From the NCBI GenBank assembly GCA_963706325.1, contig CAVPLT010000006.1, positions 64,001 through 128,000 on the forward strand: a stretch of DNA of 64,000 nt, in the 5' to 3' direction. Positions 49,301 to 59,128 of the stretch are shown here, piece after piece. Source of the DNA: an uncultured Nitrospiraceae bacterium. GTDB lineage: Bacteria > Nitrospirota > Nitrospiria > Nitrospirales > Nitrospiraceae. The number at the start of each line of letters is the position of its first letter. The stretch's first letter is position 1. The notes under the pieces are model-generated. The model was not told the DNA's origin. It was given only the letters and a program-made list of their open reading frames with translations, and did no database searches. A program made the translations under genes and the position numbers.

Positions 49301-49797
49301 ACGGGTTGCCATACAATCGAATAACCGCGACCGTGACGATTCAAAACGGACTGGTGAAAACACAGAATTTGATCATCGATAGCCCCGTGCTCAAAATCTC
49401 GTCCGTTGGAACCTATGACATGCCCACTGACCAGCTGGACATGATCTGGGCAGTGAGCCCATTCGGCTCCTATTCACAATTCTTAAAATCGATTCCACTC
49501 TTCGGACGGCTGGTGGCCGGAGATCGCAAGGGCCTGGCGACCGCCATGTTTCAAGTGAAAGGGTCCATCGACGATCCGCAAGTCACCTACATGCCGATGA
49601 AGTCGTTCACCACCGGCTTGACCGGTGTCGCGCAACTTGCGTTCGACCTGCTCAAAAACACGGTCATGCTGCCGATCGATATTCTGACCCCGCAAGAGGA
49701 GAAGGATCCGATGTTCGATCCGTCGCTGGAAATCCAGGCACCCTCTGTATCCATCCCGGTCGAACCGCCGGCCGCACCAGTTTCTCCCGCGCCTTGA
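46387..49797 (+). CDS. AsmA-family (TamB/YhdP-like) protein
   Basis: N-terminal TM, LRLLPLL, P.V.L.R...G.WN, long beta-rich body, SIPLFG and F.VKG.IDDP.V C-terminus. Confidence 0.88.
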   Translation: MKVRPRAVVLSLLGLLVVGALLLLYSRELFGVDVIKNFFLQQLEASLRRKIEFDRIKLVVLPSIRLELTNVSVYGHDDPTHVVFKAKEMDIVLRLLPLLKQQVVAKRLFLDEPTVTLIRNHSGHWNILAGLPSAAKDESAYQMFSRLLQIREATIQKGHVTITDEARSDGVRTAMLESVEMALKVYPGKAEGDLHISASLPGKDAPSAFSLTGTIGLSESSSSLAAEEPYSVRPAFQFEGEIETANLRLREAADFFGPRPVPDQLQGGANLKSRIRVAPGVAGYDVVLTEIAANVDQLAVTGKANLAGLLTSQPTFSITFASPPIDLKKLFAHIPAQWIHAQLPGIIEQRRLGGTVEILSATLTGATEPSPQLSLTGNFRIEKGAALIGNDRVPTQDLTASVSVEPGRIRVGKLTGTYGTLQMTDGKAVVSFLEAGPWMELDVSGNMTAADLVKFLTKTIRADRLTSLLAQSHDIEGQTHPTFRLVGPLDQPEGITFAGGEVLAEQVSLMNPSLPQRLTAVRGRIVFSQNGGAQFDQVTANLGDAQLQFNGQISGGTPNLFQDFVIRAKGNAAQLRQMLSAGAFPDDLLSGIINAKIQLSGPSSAPHLRGEIGLNDAKLVLPTVGEKPLGSPASLELDADVTRGVGLTISRLELVVPPFRLPLKGRITLGDQFAIDASLASGAVSISSLPEWIYKSGFEAGNLEVSMDVKGTDAEWKNWRASGWLALTNGLMTVKGVEGPVEDVYLRLKFSKNIADIKQLSFRIKDNDVSMSGALKNWTTKPVIAIKLESAQMDLDLLIPKGQRSPIREFLEILASTSQVSATATIEKGLYKHLRFGGLSGRLVIQDGLLDLDRIVGQLGTGHVAGRMVVRLPKGQPAETETSVRMTGIPLEALLPLLGARDMPLTGDLKLSGVLRGHGRNPHGVLPTFNGKTELMAQEGRILKSEKRAIWKILSILNLPSVLLGKVDLDKDGLPYNRITATVTIQNGLVKTQNLIIDSPVLKISSVGTYDMPTDQLDMIWAVSPFGSYSQFLKSIPLFGRLVAGDRKGLATAMFQVKGSIDDPQVTYMPMKSFTTGLTGVAQLAFDLLKNTVMLPIDILTPQEEKDPMFDPSLEIQAPSVSIPVEPPAAPVSPAP

Positions 49798-49828
49798 TTA
49801 CGTATCGACCGCGTGATAAATCTATTCC

Positions 49829-50989
49829 ATGAGCCATCCCAATCTGCAGAGCGCCCATCCAGACCAGACGGCGACGGTCTTCGTCGCGGCCAGTGAAACA
49901 GATTCAAATCTCTATTACGCCACGCGATTCATTGCGCCTGATCCCTTCATTTACCTTGAGGTGAAGGGCGAGCGGCTCATGATCATGAGCGACCTGGAAG
50001 TCGACCGGGCGCGCCATCAGGCGACCGTCGATCGCGTGTTATCCTATTCGGAGCTGGAACGGCGCGCGAAAGCGCTGGGGCTAAAGGATCCCGGCACCAT
50101 CGATGTGATTCATCTGGTCTTACAGGACGCCGGGTTAAAAGAGATCCTGGTGCCTTCCACATTTCCCTTTATCCACGCCAGCCGTTTGCAGGAACTCGGG
50201 TATGCGCTTCGCACCAAACGCGAGCCTTTTTATGAGCGCCGTGTGGTGAAGTCGGACGAGGAAGTTCGGCATATCGAAGCCGCGCAGCGCGCCACCGAAA
50301 CGGCCGTCGCTTCCGCGCACCAGAGCCTGCGTCGCGCCGAAATCCGTGACCACCACCTCTGGCTGGATGGCGAATGCCTCACATCTGAGCGCGTCAAGAA
50401 ATTGATTAACGTCGCACTCATGGAATGCGATTGCGTCGCCCAGCATACCATCGTGGCGGGGGGAGAGCAGGCCTGCGATCCGCACGACGAAGGCAGCGGC
50501 CCGCTGCCGGCCCATCGCAGTATTATTTTCGATGTGTTTCCTCGATCCGCCGGCTCACGCTACTTTGCCGATATGTCCCGCACGGTGGTGCGCGGCAAGC
50601 CCTCTCCGGAGTTGACGCGACTGTATCACGCGGTGAAGGATGCTCAGGAAGAAGCCATGACCAAGATCCGCGACGGGGCTGACGGCGCGGTGATCCATCA
50701 AGGCATCTGTGATCGTTTTGAGAAAGCCGGCTACAAAACCGGCCTAGTGAACGGGCGCATGCAAGGCTATTTTCACGGTACCGGTCATGGCGTCGGATTG
50801 GATATTCATGAGTCCCCCCGCATCAGCCGAACCGGCTCGTTGCTCCAGGAGGGGCATGTGGTCACCGTTGAACCCGGGCTGTACTATCCGGGGCTTGGCG
50901 CCGTCCGTATCGAAGACATGGTGCTCGTCACGAAAGACGGTTGCCGCAATCTCACCAACTTTCCAAAACTCTTCGAACTTGGTGAATGA
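49829..50989 (+). CDS. Xaa-Pro aminopeptidase (M24)
   Basis: DPH, IIFD, YFADMSRT, HGTGHGVGLDIHE, TVEPGLY, RIED. Confidence 0.94.
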   Translation: MSHPNLQSAHPDQTATVFVAASETDSNLYYATRFIAPDPFIYLEVKGERLMIMSDLEVDRARHQATVDRVLSYSELERRAKALGLKDPGTIDVIHLVLQDAGLKEILVPSTFPFIHASRLQELGYALRTKREPFYERRVVKSDEEVRHIEAAQRATETAVASAHQSLRRAEIRDHHLWLDGECLTSERVKKLINVALMECDCVAQHTIVAGGEQACDPHDEGSGPLPAHRSIIFDVFPRSAGSRYFADMSRTVVRGKPSPELTRLYHAVKDAQEEAMTKIRDGADGAVIHQGICDRFEKAGYKTGLVNGRMQGYFHGTGHGVGLDIHESPRISRTGSLLQEGHVVTVEPGLYYPGLGAVRIEDMVLVTKDGCRNLTNFPKLFELGE

Positions 50990-51013
50990 TTTTCAGGGGT
51001 AATACGTCACCCC

Positions 51014-51988
51014 ATGCGCCTCTCCTTTACCATCCAGCGCTTCAATCCCGAAACGGACCGCCATTCTCACCAGGAAGACTATCGTCTGGACATTGGACGA
51101 GGGACGACCGTTCTGGAAGCGCTGATCCGCATCAAGAACGAACTCGACGGCACCCTCTCCTTGCGCTATTCATGCCGCTCCGCCATTTGCGGGTCCTGCG
51201 CCATGAATATCAATGGCACGGAAAAACTGGCCTGTCGCACGTCGATTCGGAAGGAATTGGATCGTCACGGTAGAATTTCGATCGACCCTCTCCAGAATTT
51301 TCCCGTCATCAAGGATTTAGTCGTAGACATGTCCCCATTCTGGGACAAGATTCGCGCTGTCACGCCCTGGGTGACGCCCGTCACGCACCCCACGAAACGG
51401 TATGGTTCATCCGGGCAACTTCGCTTGCTGCCAGATACGTACCAGTTTCACAATGTCGATGCCTGCATCATGTGCGGGGCTTGCGTCGCCGCCTGCACGT
51501 CGCATGAAGTGTCGCGAGAATTCCTGGGTCCCGCGGCGCTTGCGAAAGCAGAGCGCTTCGTCGCAGATCCCCGGGAACCGGCCGGGGCCAAACAGGCCAG
51601 ACTGACGGCCCTTCAAGAGAGCCATGGCATGTGGGATTGCACACGCTGCAACATGTGCGTCCAAGTGTGCCCCAAAGATGTCCAGCCGATGGAGGCGATC
51701 GTTCGGTTGCGCCGTTCCGCGCTCCAGCATGGCCTGACCGAAACCGAAGGGGCTCGTCACATCACCGGCTTCGTCGATCTCGTCAGACATGAAGGGCGCC
51801 TGAATGAAGCGCTGATGCCGCTCAAAGTTCTTGGCATGGATTTGCGGCGCCTCATAAGTGTACTTCCGTTGGGAATACGTATGTGGCTGAAAGGCAAGGT
51901 CCCATCACCTTTCGGCCAAACTATCCCGGGAATCGAACAGGTTCGCGCCATCTTTGCCGCCGCCCGCCGTAGGACTCGCCGCGCCTGA
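51014..51988 (+). CDS. sdhB: Succinate dehydrogenase/fumarate reductase iron-sulfur subunit
   Basis: SCRSAICGSC, LAC, KDLVVD, CIMCGACVAAC, CTRCNMCVQVCP. Confidence 0.95.
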   Translation: MRLSFTIQRFNPETDRHSHQEDYRLDIGRGTTVLEALIRIKNELDGTLSLRYSCRSAICGSCAMNINGTEKLACRTSIRKELDRHGRISIDPLQNFPVIKDLVVDMSPFWDKIRAVTPWVTPVTHPTKRYGSSGQLRLLPDTYQFHNVDACIMCGACVAACTSHEVSREFLGPAALAKAERFVADPREPAGAKQARLTALQESHGMWDCTRCNMCVQVCPKDVQPMEAIVRLRRSALQHGLTETEGARHITGFVDLVRHEGRLNEALMPLKVLGMDLRRLISVLPLGIRMWLKGKVPSPFGQTIPGIEQVRAIFAAARRRTRRA

Positions 51989-52447
51989 TAGGGATGTCTG
52001 ATACATTCCGATCCCTGCACGATGTCGCGCCGGCCGACTGGTCTTCGATGCCGAGGGGGAGATTCTCTCTCAAGCCTGTTGGCTGCCGCGACAAGGCGCC
52101 CTTCTCACAAGTCTGGCTGATCCGGCCGGCCTCGCCAAACCTGGCGGCAGGTCATCGATATGAAGGACACACATTCCCCGCTTCTCTTCTAATGGCTCGG
52201 ACGACCGGTGAATCTGACAGATACGTAGGGGCGTGGTTCTCCAGCGCTTCGCTCTGCTTACCCGGCACCACTCCGAGTCGTCCGCGTGACTATCTCAATG
52301 TCCGGCTTGTCCCAAGAATCGGAAAGCACCTAGAAGAACATGCTCGATATGGTCTTGACCGTGGATCGCGCGGGAATCGCAAAAAAGGTGGCGGAACTGA
52401 AATCAATCGGCAATATAAGGGCTGAGACTGGACCGACGCCGCCTACT

Positions 52448-52804
52448 ATGGAACAACGCCAACATCCTCGTTTTCCCGTTCGATTCCACAGTTCATTCAG
52501 CTCCGTCAACCTGGTCTCAGGTGACGGGCTCGTAGTCGATTTATCATTGCAGGGCTGCGGCATCCTCAGTTCTGTCGACGTCCTGCCTGGCACGATGCTT
52601 GAGCTCCGCATGTATCTATCCAGTAATGAGGGGCCGCTCGCAATCGGTGAGGCGGTGGTCCGCTGGTGCCGCGACAGTCGAGTCGGTCTCGAATTTCTTA
52701 CGATGCAACCGGGTGAATGGGCGCGCCTTCAGAACGTCGTGAAGGAGCTCGATTGCCAACCAAGCGAACGAACCGGCGAGGACCGGCAGGGCACCGACAC
52801 CTAA
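52448..52804 (+). CDS. PilZ domain protein
   Basis: RQHPR (RxxxR) and DLSLQG (DxSxxG), VVRW, GLEF. Confidence 0.9.
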   Translation: MEQRQHPRFPVRFHSSFSSVNLVSGDGLVVDLSLQGCGILSSVDVLPGTMLELRMYLSSNEGPLAIGEAVVRWCRDSRVGLEFLTMQPGEWARLQNVVKELDCQPSERTGEDRQGTDT

Positions 52805-52835
52805 ACAACCCTCTGCGTGGTGGGGAGAATTCAGA

Positions 52836-53558
52836 ATGGCTCAGGCGTCTGTCAACACATCCGGCTTGCCTCACACATGGCTTCCTGCGATGCTGATCAG
52901 TTGTGTCGTGTCATTGCTATGCGCCGGAGCGCTCTATTTCATCTTGGCACAACATGATCGCTCATTGGTTGCTCACCGCAATGCCGCCGCCATTGCCGCT
53001 GTGGACCAAAGCGGGCGGGCCATGGCGCGAACCTTCGCCTGGTTCAGTGAGTCGCTCCTCAATGAACATCTGGGTACCGTCCAGCAGGCCCTAGAAGGGC
53101 AGGCTCCGCCGACCGACATCCTCGATGCCGCCGTGATCACAGAGGAGAATCTCATCGTGGCAGCCCGCAATCCTGCCAGCATTGGTCGACAACTCCAGGA
53201 TCCGGGGTGGCCGGCGGCGCGCAAGAGTCAGACAGGATCCGTGTCTGTCGGCCTCGAGAAGGGACGCCAGGCATTGATCGTCGTCGAACCACTGCGCCAG
53301 CAGGATCGCATCATTGGGTGGATTCGACTCGTCTTCCCCGCGCCGCAAGACCTCGCCGTGAGATCGAATGAAGACTTGGCGCGGGACGTCGCTCTCGCCG
53401 TGGTGCCGCTCTTCATTCTCCTCGCGACGCTGCTGATCTTGACCCTTCGCGGAATTATGAGTCAGGTCCGATCGCTCATCGGAGGCATTCTTCTAGAGGC
53501 AATGGATGAGCGGCACGACCGCATGGCACGGGTCGCGGAGCTGTCAGAAGCCAGTTGA
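52836..53558 (+). CDS. Two-TM membrane protein with periplasmic sensor-like domain
   Basis: TM, about 150 aa periplasmic domain ending IGWIRL, TM, short tail. Confidence 0.7.
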   Translation: MAQASVNTSGLPHTWLPAMLISCVVSLLCAGALYFILAQHDRSLVAHRNAAAIAAVDQSGRAMARTFAWFSESLLNEHLGTVQQALEGQAPPTDILDAAVITEENLIVAARNPASIGRQLQDPGWPAARKSQTGSVSVGLEKGRQALIVVEPLRQQDRIIGWIRLVFPAPQDLAVRSNEDLARDVALAVVPLFILLATLLILTLRGIMSQVRSLIGGILLEAMDERHDRMARVAELSEAS

Positions 53559-53808
53559 TTGCTTCGCAGCGCCGGTCCCTATCACGTCCGCCGGTAGGCG
53601 TGTCCCGGCAGGATCCATGGGCGATGGCATGAACCCGTCACTGCCACTCACTAAGTACTATTTATCTAGCGCTTCTCCTGAAGTTTGATACTCTCATACC
53701 AAAGCGTCGCAGGCCCAGGAAGTTGCTTTCGCCTGCATTGTCACTCACTTCAATCAGGCCCCACCCTGCGATGATCATGATCGTTCGCATTCAGCCGACA
53801 ATAACTCT

Positions 53809-55935
53809 ATGAGCCAAGCTCGCCCCGTTATCCTGGTCATCGACGACGACCCTGTGGCGCGGCTGTTTGTCCGCAACGCGTTGGAACCAGCCGGTATGGT
53901 GGTGGAAGAAGCCGCCGGGGGGCGCGAAGCGTTGCCATTATTCGACAGCCTGAGCCCCGATCTTCTCGTGCTGGACCTCCTGATGCCCGACATGGATGGA
54001 TATCTGACCTGCTCCCGAATCCGCTCGCTGCCTGGCGGAAAGCGGGTCCCTATTTTAATTCTTACGGGATCGGCTGACGCGAACTCCATCACTCAAGCCT
54101 GTGAACACGGCGCCACAAACTTCATCCAGAAACCGGTCAACGCCACGATTCTCTGCCACCATATCCGATACATGCTCAGGACCAGCAACGTCTTGCAGGC
54201 ACTGCTCCGAAGCGAATCCCGCCTGGAATTAGCCCAACGCATCGCGCGTATCGGCAATTGGGACTGGAACCCCAGAACGAATCGGTTCGCCATGTCGAAT
54301 GAGCTTTGTCGCCTGGTCGGCATCCGTCCGTCTGCGTTTTCCGGGACCTTCGAGGCGTTTCTGCATTTCGTCCATCCCGACGACCGCGTGAAGGTGAACG
54401 AGGCGCTCCAAAAACTGATCAGCCACCGAACCCCCTGCGATATCGACCATCGGATCGTGTTGCCCAACGGAACGGACTTCACCGTTCATCTGCAGGCTGA
54501 GGGAGTGCGCGAAGAGGAAAGCGAGGAGTTGACGATCATCGGCACGACGCAAGATATTACGGAACGGAAACAGGCGGAAAACGCGATCCACCGCCTGGCC
54601 TATTATGACAGTCTGACCGGTCTCGCCAATCGTGTGTTGTTCAAAGATCGATTATCCAATGCGCTCGCCTATGCCGAACGCCATTACCTGCACCTTGCGA
54701 CGCTATTTATCGACCTGGATCGGTTCAAAGTCATCAATGACACGCTGGGACACACCGTGGGAGATCTTTTGCTCACCCATGTTGCGGAACGGCTTAGCGA
54801 ATCTGTTCGCCAGAGCGACTCAGTCAGCCGGCACGGCGACCACGAGCCGTCCCATGCGCTTGCCCGCCTTGGAGGAGATGAATTCACCATTCTTCTGACC
54901 ACGCTCCCTCAGCCGGAGGACGCCGGCCGGGTGGCGCGTCGAATTTTCGATTCCCTGGCCCATCCGTTCATCATCGATGGTCACGAAATTTTTGTCTCGG
55001 CCAGCATTGGCATTTCTATTTATCCATCGGACGGCACGACCGTCGAGGCCCTGCTGAAAAATGCCGACTCGGCGATGTACCACGCGAAGGAGCAGGGCCG
55101 GAATAACTGTCAATTTTATTCCTCGGGCTTGAATGCCGCAGCAGCTACAAGGCTGGACCTCGAAAGTGACCTCCGGCGCGCTCTGGAACGAGAGGAATTC
55201 GTCGTCTATTACCAGCCCAAACTGAACATTCATTCCCGACACATACTGGGCGCGGAAGCCTTGGTGCGATGGAAACATCCGAAACGCGGGCTCGTGCCAC
55301 CCGGGGTCTTCTTGAATGCGGCGATTGATACGGGACTCATCCGCCCAATGGATGAGTGGGTGCTTCGCGAGGCCTGCCGGCAAGTGAAGGCGTGGGAACA
55401 GGCCGGCCTTCCGGCTATAACGGTATCCGCCAATGTCTCCAACTCCTTATTCCACGGACGTACGTTACCGGGAACTGTGGCCGACGCTCTCCGCGACTCC
55501 GGCCTCCATCCCTCGCAGCTCGAGTTGGAATTGACTGAATCCATCGCCATGCGAGACGTCGAGGCCTCCGTGACGATGCTTGAAGGTCTCCGCACGATGG
55601 GCGTGCGCCTCTCCATCGACGACTTCGGGACCGGTTATTCCTCTCTTAGTTACTTGCAGCGATTTCCGCTCAGTCGGCTGAAAATCGATCAGTCGTTCGT
55701 CCGTGATCTGCTCACGAACGAGAACAATGCCAAGATCACCAGAGCCATCATCGCCATGGCGCACAGCCTGAATCTCTCGGTGTTGGCCGAAGGTGTGGAG
55801 ACGGATGCGCAGCTGGCTCGCTTGCGGGAAGAAGGATGTGATGAGGTTCAGGGATATCTGTTCAGCCGCCCTGTATGCGCCTCAGACTTTGAAGCCTTGC
55901 TCAGGATCGATGCCGATGCCCGTAAAGCAGCGTGA
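53809..55935 (+). CDS. REC-PAS-GGDEF-EAL c-di-GMP enzyme
   Basis: LDLLMP receiver, VHPDD PAS, DSLTGL.NR, GGDEF, EAL, ELELTE, DDFGTGYSS, EGVE. Confidence 0.95.
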   Translation: MSQARPVILVIDDDPVARLFVRNALEPAGMVVEEAAGGREALPLFDSLSPDLLVLDLLMPDMDGYLTCSRIRSLPGGKRVPILILTGSADANSITQACEHGATNFIQKPVNATILCHHIRYMLRTSNVLQALLRSESRLELAQRIARIGNWDWNPRTNRFAMSNELCRLVGIRPSAFSGTFEAFLHFVHPDDRVKVNEALQKLISHRTPCDIDHRIVLPNGTDFTVHLQAEGVREEESEELTIIGTTQDITERKQAENAIHRLAYYDSLTGLANRVLFKDRLSNALAYAERHYLHLATLFIDLDRFKVINDTLGHTVGDLLLTHVAERLSESVRQSDSVSRHGDHEPSHALARLGGDEFTILLTTLPQPEDAGRVARRIFDSLAHPFIIDGHEIFVSASIGISIYPSDGTTVEALLKNADSAMYHAKEQGRNNCQFYSSGLNAAAATRLDLESDLRRALEREEFVVYYQPKLNIHSRHILGAEALVRWKHPKRGLVPPGVFLNAAIDTGLIRPMDEWVLREACRQVKAWEQAGLPAITVSANVSNSLFHGRTLPGTVADALRDSGLHPSQLELELTESIAMRDVEASVTMLEGLRTMGVRLSIDDFGTGYSSLSYLQRFPLSRLKIDQSFVRDLLTNENNAKITRAIIAMAHSLNLSVLAEGVETDAQLARLREEGCDEVQGYLFSRPVCASDFEALLRIDADARKAA

Positions 55936-57613
55936 TATTGATACGCCGGTTGGGCAACCCCTCCTTGAATGCGATGTCATCGGTTTCGTGAAACAAATCT
56001 GAGTTGAACAACACCGCCCGGTTGGCGCGATATGGAATCTTGATTTCCTGCGCCCTCTGTTCCTTCAACCATTCGTAAATCTTGCCGCGGTTCTTGTCGC
56101 TGTTGTACGTTTTGAAATCCCACTCTCTTGGCGCTTCCTTATCCCAGACTACCAGACCGCCGCCGTCAGGATTCAGATTCGCGTCGTCCGAGGTGATCCA
56201 GAAGTTCACATTGACCGCGGCGGCATCGGCGTGGATATTCAATCCGCGCCTGGCGCTATCGTGCTTGAACGCCCAGGCCTGCGTCAGGCGATGGTCGCCG
56301 AAGATACGCGGCAACCGAGTCCTCAGCTCCTCCGCGATTTGCAGCAGCAGGGGAGAGGCGAACCCATCGCCGAGGAAAGCGCCGATATACCCATTCTCAT
56401 AGTCCTTCTTCCAAATCGTCGAGGTCCAGCAGAAGTGCCGCAACCGCCGTAAGGCCTCATCTGTCAACAGTCCATCAATGTAGGTGACTTCGGGCTGTTT
56501 CGCATAATATCGAGATTCGATCTCCGCGACATCCAGGCCGGGGCTCAAGGCGCCTTCTGCAATGGCCTCGCAGGGCGCGACATACAGCAATCGGTTGAAG
56601 GACGTGGCGATGGGTTGAAGATCGGCAGGCGGCAACGTCATACGATTTGCGGGCGCCGTGATACCTGCGGGCGACGACTCCATGTTCGTCTGCGCGTGAC
56701 GTAATGCCTCATAGTAGGGGCGGCATTCCTGGCCGACCAGACGGGACTCAATCAGGTACTGGACCTGCTCGGCATCATGCTTGAGCCGGGAGCGAAAGAC
56801 TGTGCTGTCCATGACCGGACGCCCATGATCATGTTTGATCCGAGCGGTGTCGGCAAAACAACGCAGGGCACGAGGCATATCCCCATGCCAGATCGCGGCG
56901 ATCCCGAGATTGTAGAGTGCCGTGCCGTAACCGGGGAGTAGCTGAAGCGCCCGCCCGAAGCAACTGATAGCTTCGTCCAGCTTACCTTGATCCATCAAAA
57001 CCAGCCCTAAATTATTCTGGGCCTCGGCATGCGTCGGCTTCAGGACGATGGCCCGCCGGTACGCCTCTGCAGCGGCCTCCAGCCGGCCCTGCGCCTTGAG
57101 GACGACGCCGAGATTGTTGTGCGCTTCCGCATGATTCGGGTTGATCGCGAGCGCCTGCTCATAGGCTGCCTGCGCCTCCGCCGGTCGTCCCATGTCTTGG
57201 TAGGCATTCCCGAGATTGGTGCGGGGTTCGAGGTAGCGTGGATTGATCCGGATGGCCTCGCTGTAAGCTTGGACCGCCTCGGCAGGCAGGCCGGCGCGTT
57301 GCAGCACGACACCGTGGTTGAACTGATAGACCGGATTACGTGGGTCGGCGGCACAGGCCTGAGCCAGCCACCCGATGGCTTCTTTCGCGTTGCCTCGCCG
57401 ATAGATCAAGAGACCCAGACCATGCAGGGCATCCGGTTGCGCCGGTGCGCGATCCAGCATCAGACGATACGCTCGTTCGGCCTCATCGAGCCGACCGGAC
57501 TGATGATGAATCTGCGCCTCGCGCAGGAGCGCCGATGAGGCGGCCGAGCTATCCATGCTCCCGGTTGTGCGAGAATGGATTTTTTCCTCGCGCCGGCGCT
57601 CTTCACGATTCAC
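55901..57613 (-). CDS. TPR protein with C-terminal 2OG-Fe(II) oxygenase-like domain
   Basis: Several TPRs (A.NNLG); IHAD, FHET, RINITLL; start uncertain (57613 or 57556). Confidence 0.85.
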   Translation of the reverse strand: MNREERRREEKIHSRTTGSMDSSAASSALLREAQIHHQSGRLDEAERAYRLMLDRAPAQPDALHGLGLLIYRRGNAKEAIGWLAQACAADPRNPVYQFNHGVVLQRAGLPAEAVQAYSEAIRINPRYLEPRTNLGNAYQDMGRPAEAQAAYEQALAINPNHAEAHNNLGVVLKAQGRLEAAAEAYRRAIVLKPTHAEAQNNLGLVLMDQGKLDEAISCFGRALQLLPGYGTALYNLGIAAIWHGDMPRALRCFADTARIKHDHGRPVMDSTVFRSRLKHDAEQVQYLIESRLVGQECRPYYEALRHAQTNMESSPAGITAPANRMTLPPADLQPIATSFNRLLYVAPCEAIAEGALSPGLDVAEIESRYYAKQPEVTYIDGLLTDEALRRLRHFCWTSTIWKKDYENGYIGAFLGDGFASPLLLQIAEELRTRLPRIFGDHRLTQAWAFKHDSARRGLNIHADAAAVNVNFWITSDDANLNPDGGGLVVWDKEAPREWDFKTYNSDKNRGKIYEWLKEQRAQEIKIPYRANRAVLFNSDLFHETDDIAFKEGLPNRRINITLLYGHRHRS

Positions 57614-57706
57614 AACAGCTCCTCCAGCCACGGCGTAACCAGCCGGCTGAGAGAGTAGCGTACATGCGGGGCCGGGGTCAAAGATGGGGACAGAGAGGCG
57701 ACAAGC

Positions 57707-59128
57707 CTATGCAGCCTGCGTCGTATTATTCAGATTACGGCGTTGCCCAAGAATATCGAGGGCGGCCACGCGGTAGGCTTCGGCAAAGGTAGGAAAGCTG
57801 AAAATGGTATCGATAAACCGATCGATGGTCGCGCCATCTTGCAACGCCATCTGCCCGAGATGAATCAACTCGGTCGCATCCTCGCCGACAATCTGCACCC
57901 CCAGTAAACGCTCTCCCGAAGGGTCGGCGACGAGCTTGAGGAGTCCGTCGCAGGCGCCTGTGATCTGCCCTTTGGCAATTTCCATAAAACGCGCGCGGCC
58001 TACCAGCGGATTATGATAACGGGCGCCGGCCTGCTCCTCATCGAGCCCGATAGACGCGAGCTCAGGAATGGTATAGATCCCGATCGGTACCTGGTGGCTG
58101 GAATCTCCAACCGGCAGACCAAGCGCGAAACTCACGGCGCGACGACCTTCCTCCATCGCCTGAGACGCCAGGGCCGGAGGCCGGCCCAACATGTCGCCGG
58201 CCGCATAAATGTGCGATACCAGGGTTTGCCCGTATTCGTTGACGGGAAGGTAGCCCTTGGAATCCAAAGACAATCCTGCCGCCTCAAGATTCAAGTCTTC
58301 CACGTTCGGCTGCCGGCCCAAAGCCACTAGCATTTTTTCACTCTTGACCGCCATTCCGTTGTCGAGTCTTGCGACGACGGAGGACACGCCGTCCCACGCC
58401 ACCTCTTTGACGGTGTGCCCGGCATAAAACCGTCCGCCTTGGCGTTCGAGGCTACGCTGAAACACGTCCACAACGTCTTTGTCCAAGAAGGCGAGTGGCC
58501 GTTTGGCCCGGTCGATAACCGTGACTTCAACCCCCAACAAGGCGAACGTCGCGGCGTATTCACAGGCGATGACACCGCCACCTAAGACCGTCAATGACTG
58601 CGGGAGATAAATCATCGAGAGGATCGAATCACTATCGAGCACATGCTCATGATCGATGGGAATCTCAGGAATCGAACGGGGGCGTGAACCTGTCGCCAGC
58701 ACAATGGTATCGGCCAACAGCGTCTGACAGGCGCCGTCCACCGCTTCCAATTGCACCTCATGCGGCGAAAGCAGGCGGGCGCGGCCGTGCCGATAGGTCA
58801 CGCCGTTACGCGCCAGTTGATTGGTCATGTAACACTCGTGCGCCTTCACCACCTCGTCCAGTCGATGCAGCAATACGGACATGGGCAAATCCATGCGCAA
58901 GCGCCCCTCGAACACCTCAGTCGATCGCTTGAGACGTTCGAACTGCACGGCCGTCTCACGGAGCGTCTTGCTAGGTATCGTGCCGCGATACACGCAGTTG
59001 CCGCCGACGCCCTGTTCCTGCTCGATCAAGACCACGCGCTGGCCGGCCTTCGCGCCTTGAATCGCCGCCTTCTGTCCTGCCGGACCGCTGCCTACTACGA
59101 CAATGTCATAGGCGTGGGCGGACTTCAT
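57707..59128 (-). CDS. sthA: Soluble pyridine nucleotide transhydrogenase
   Basis: GSGPAGQKAA, GGNCVYRGTIPSKTLRE (single Cys), GIYTIPE, FPTFAEAYRVAA. Confidence 0.92.
   Translation of the reverse strand: MKSAHAYDIVVVGSGPAGQKAAIQGAKAGQRVVLIEQEQGVGGNCVYRGTIPSKTLRETAVQFERLKRSTEVFEGRLRMDLPMSVLLHRLDEVVKAHECYMTNQLARNGVTYRHGRARLLSPHEVQLEAVDGACQTLLADTIVLATGSRPRSIPEIPIDHEHVLDSDSILSMIYLPQSLTVLGGGVIACEYAATFALLGVEVTVIDRAKRPLAFLDKDVVDVFQRSLERQGGRFYAGHTVKEVAWDGVSSVVARLDNGMAVKSEKMLVALGRQPNVEDLNLEAAGLSLDSKGYLPVNEYGQTLVSHIYAAGDMLGRPPALASQAMEEGRRAVSFALGLPVGDSSHQVPIGIYTIPELASIGLDEEQAGARYHNPLVGRARFMEIAKGQITGACDGLLKLVADPSGERLLGVQIVGEDATELIHLGQMALQDGATIDRFIDTIFSFPTFAEAYRVAALDILGQRRNLNNTTQAA

Noticed and set aside
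51989..52447. c-di-GMP riboswitch or gene upstream of PilZ
   Set aside because: No GEMM consensus recognised; the 51994-52425 ORF lacks protein-like features.
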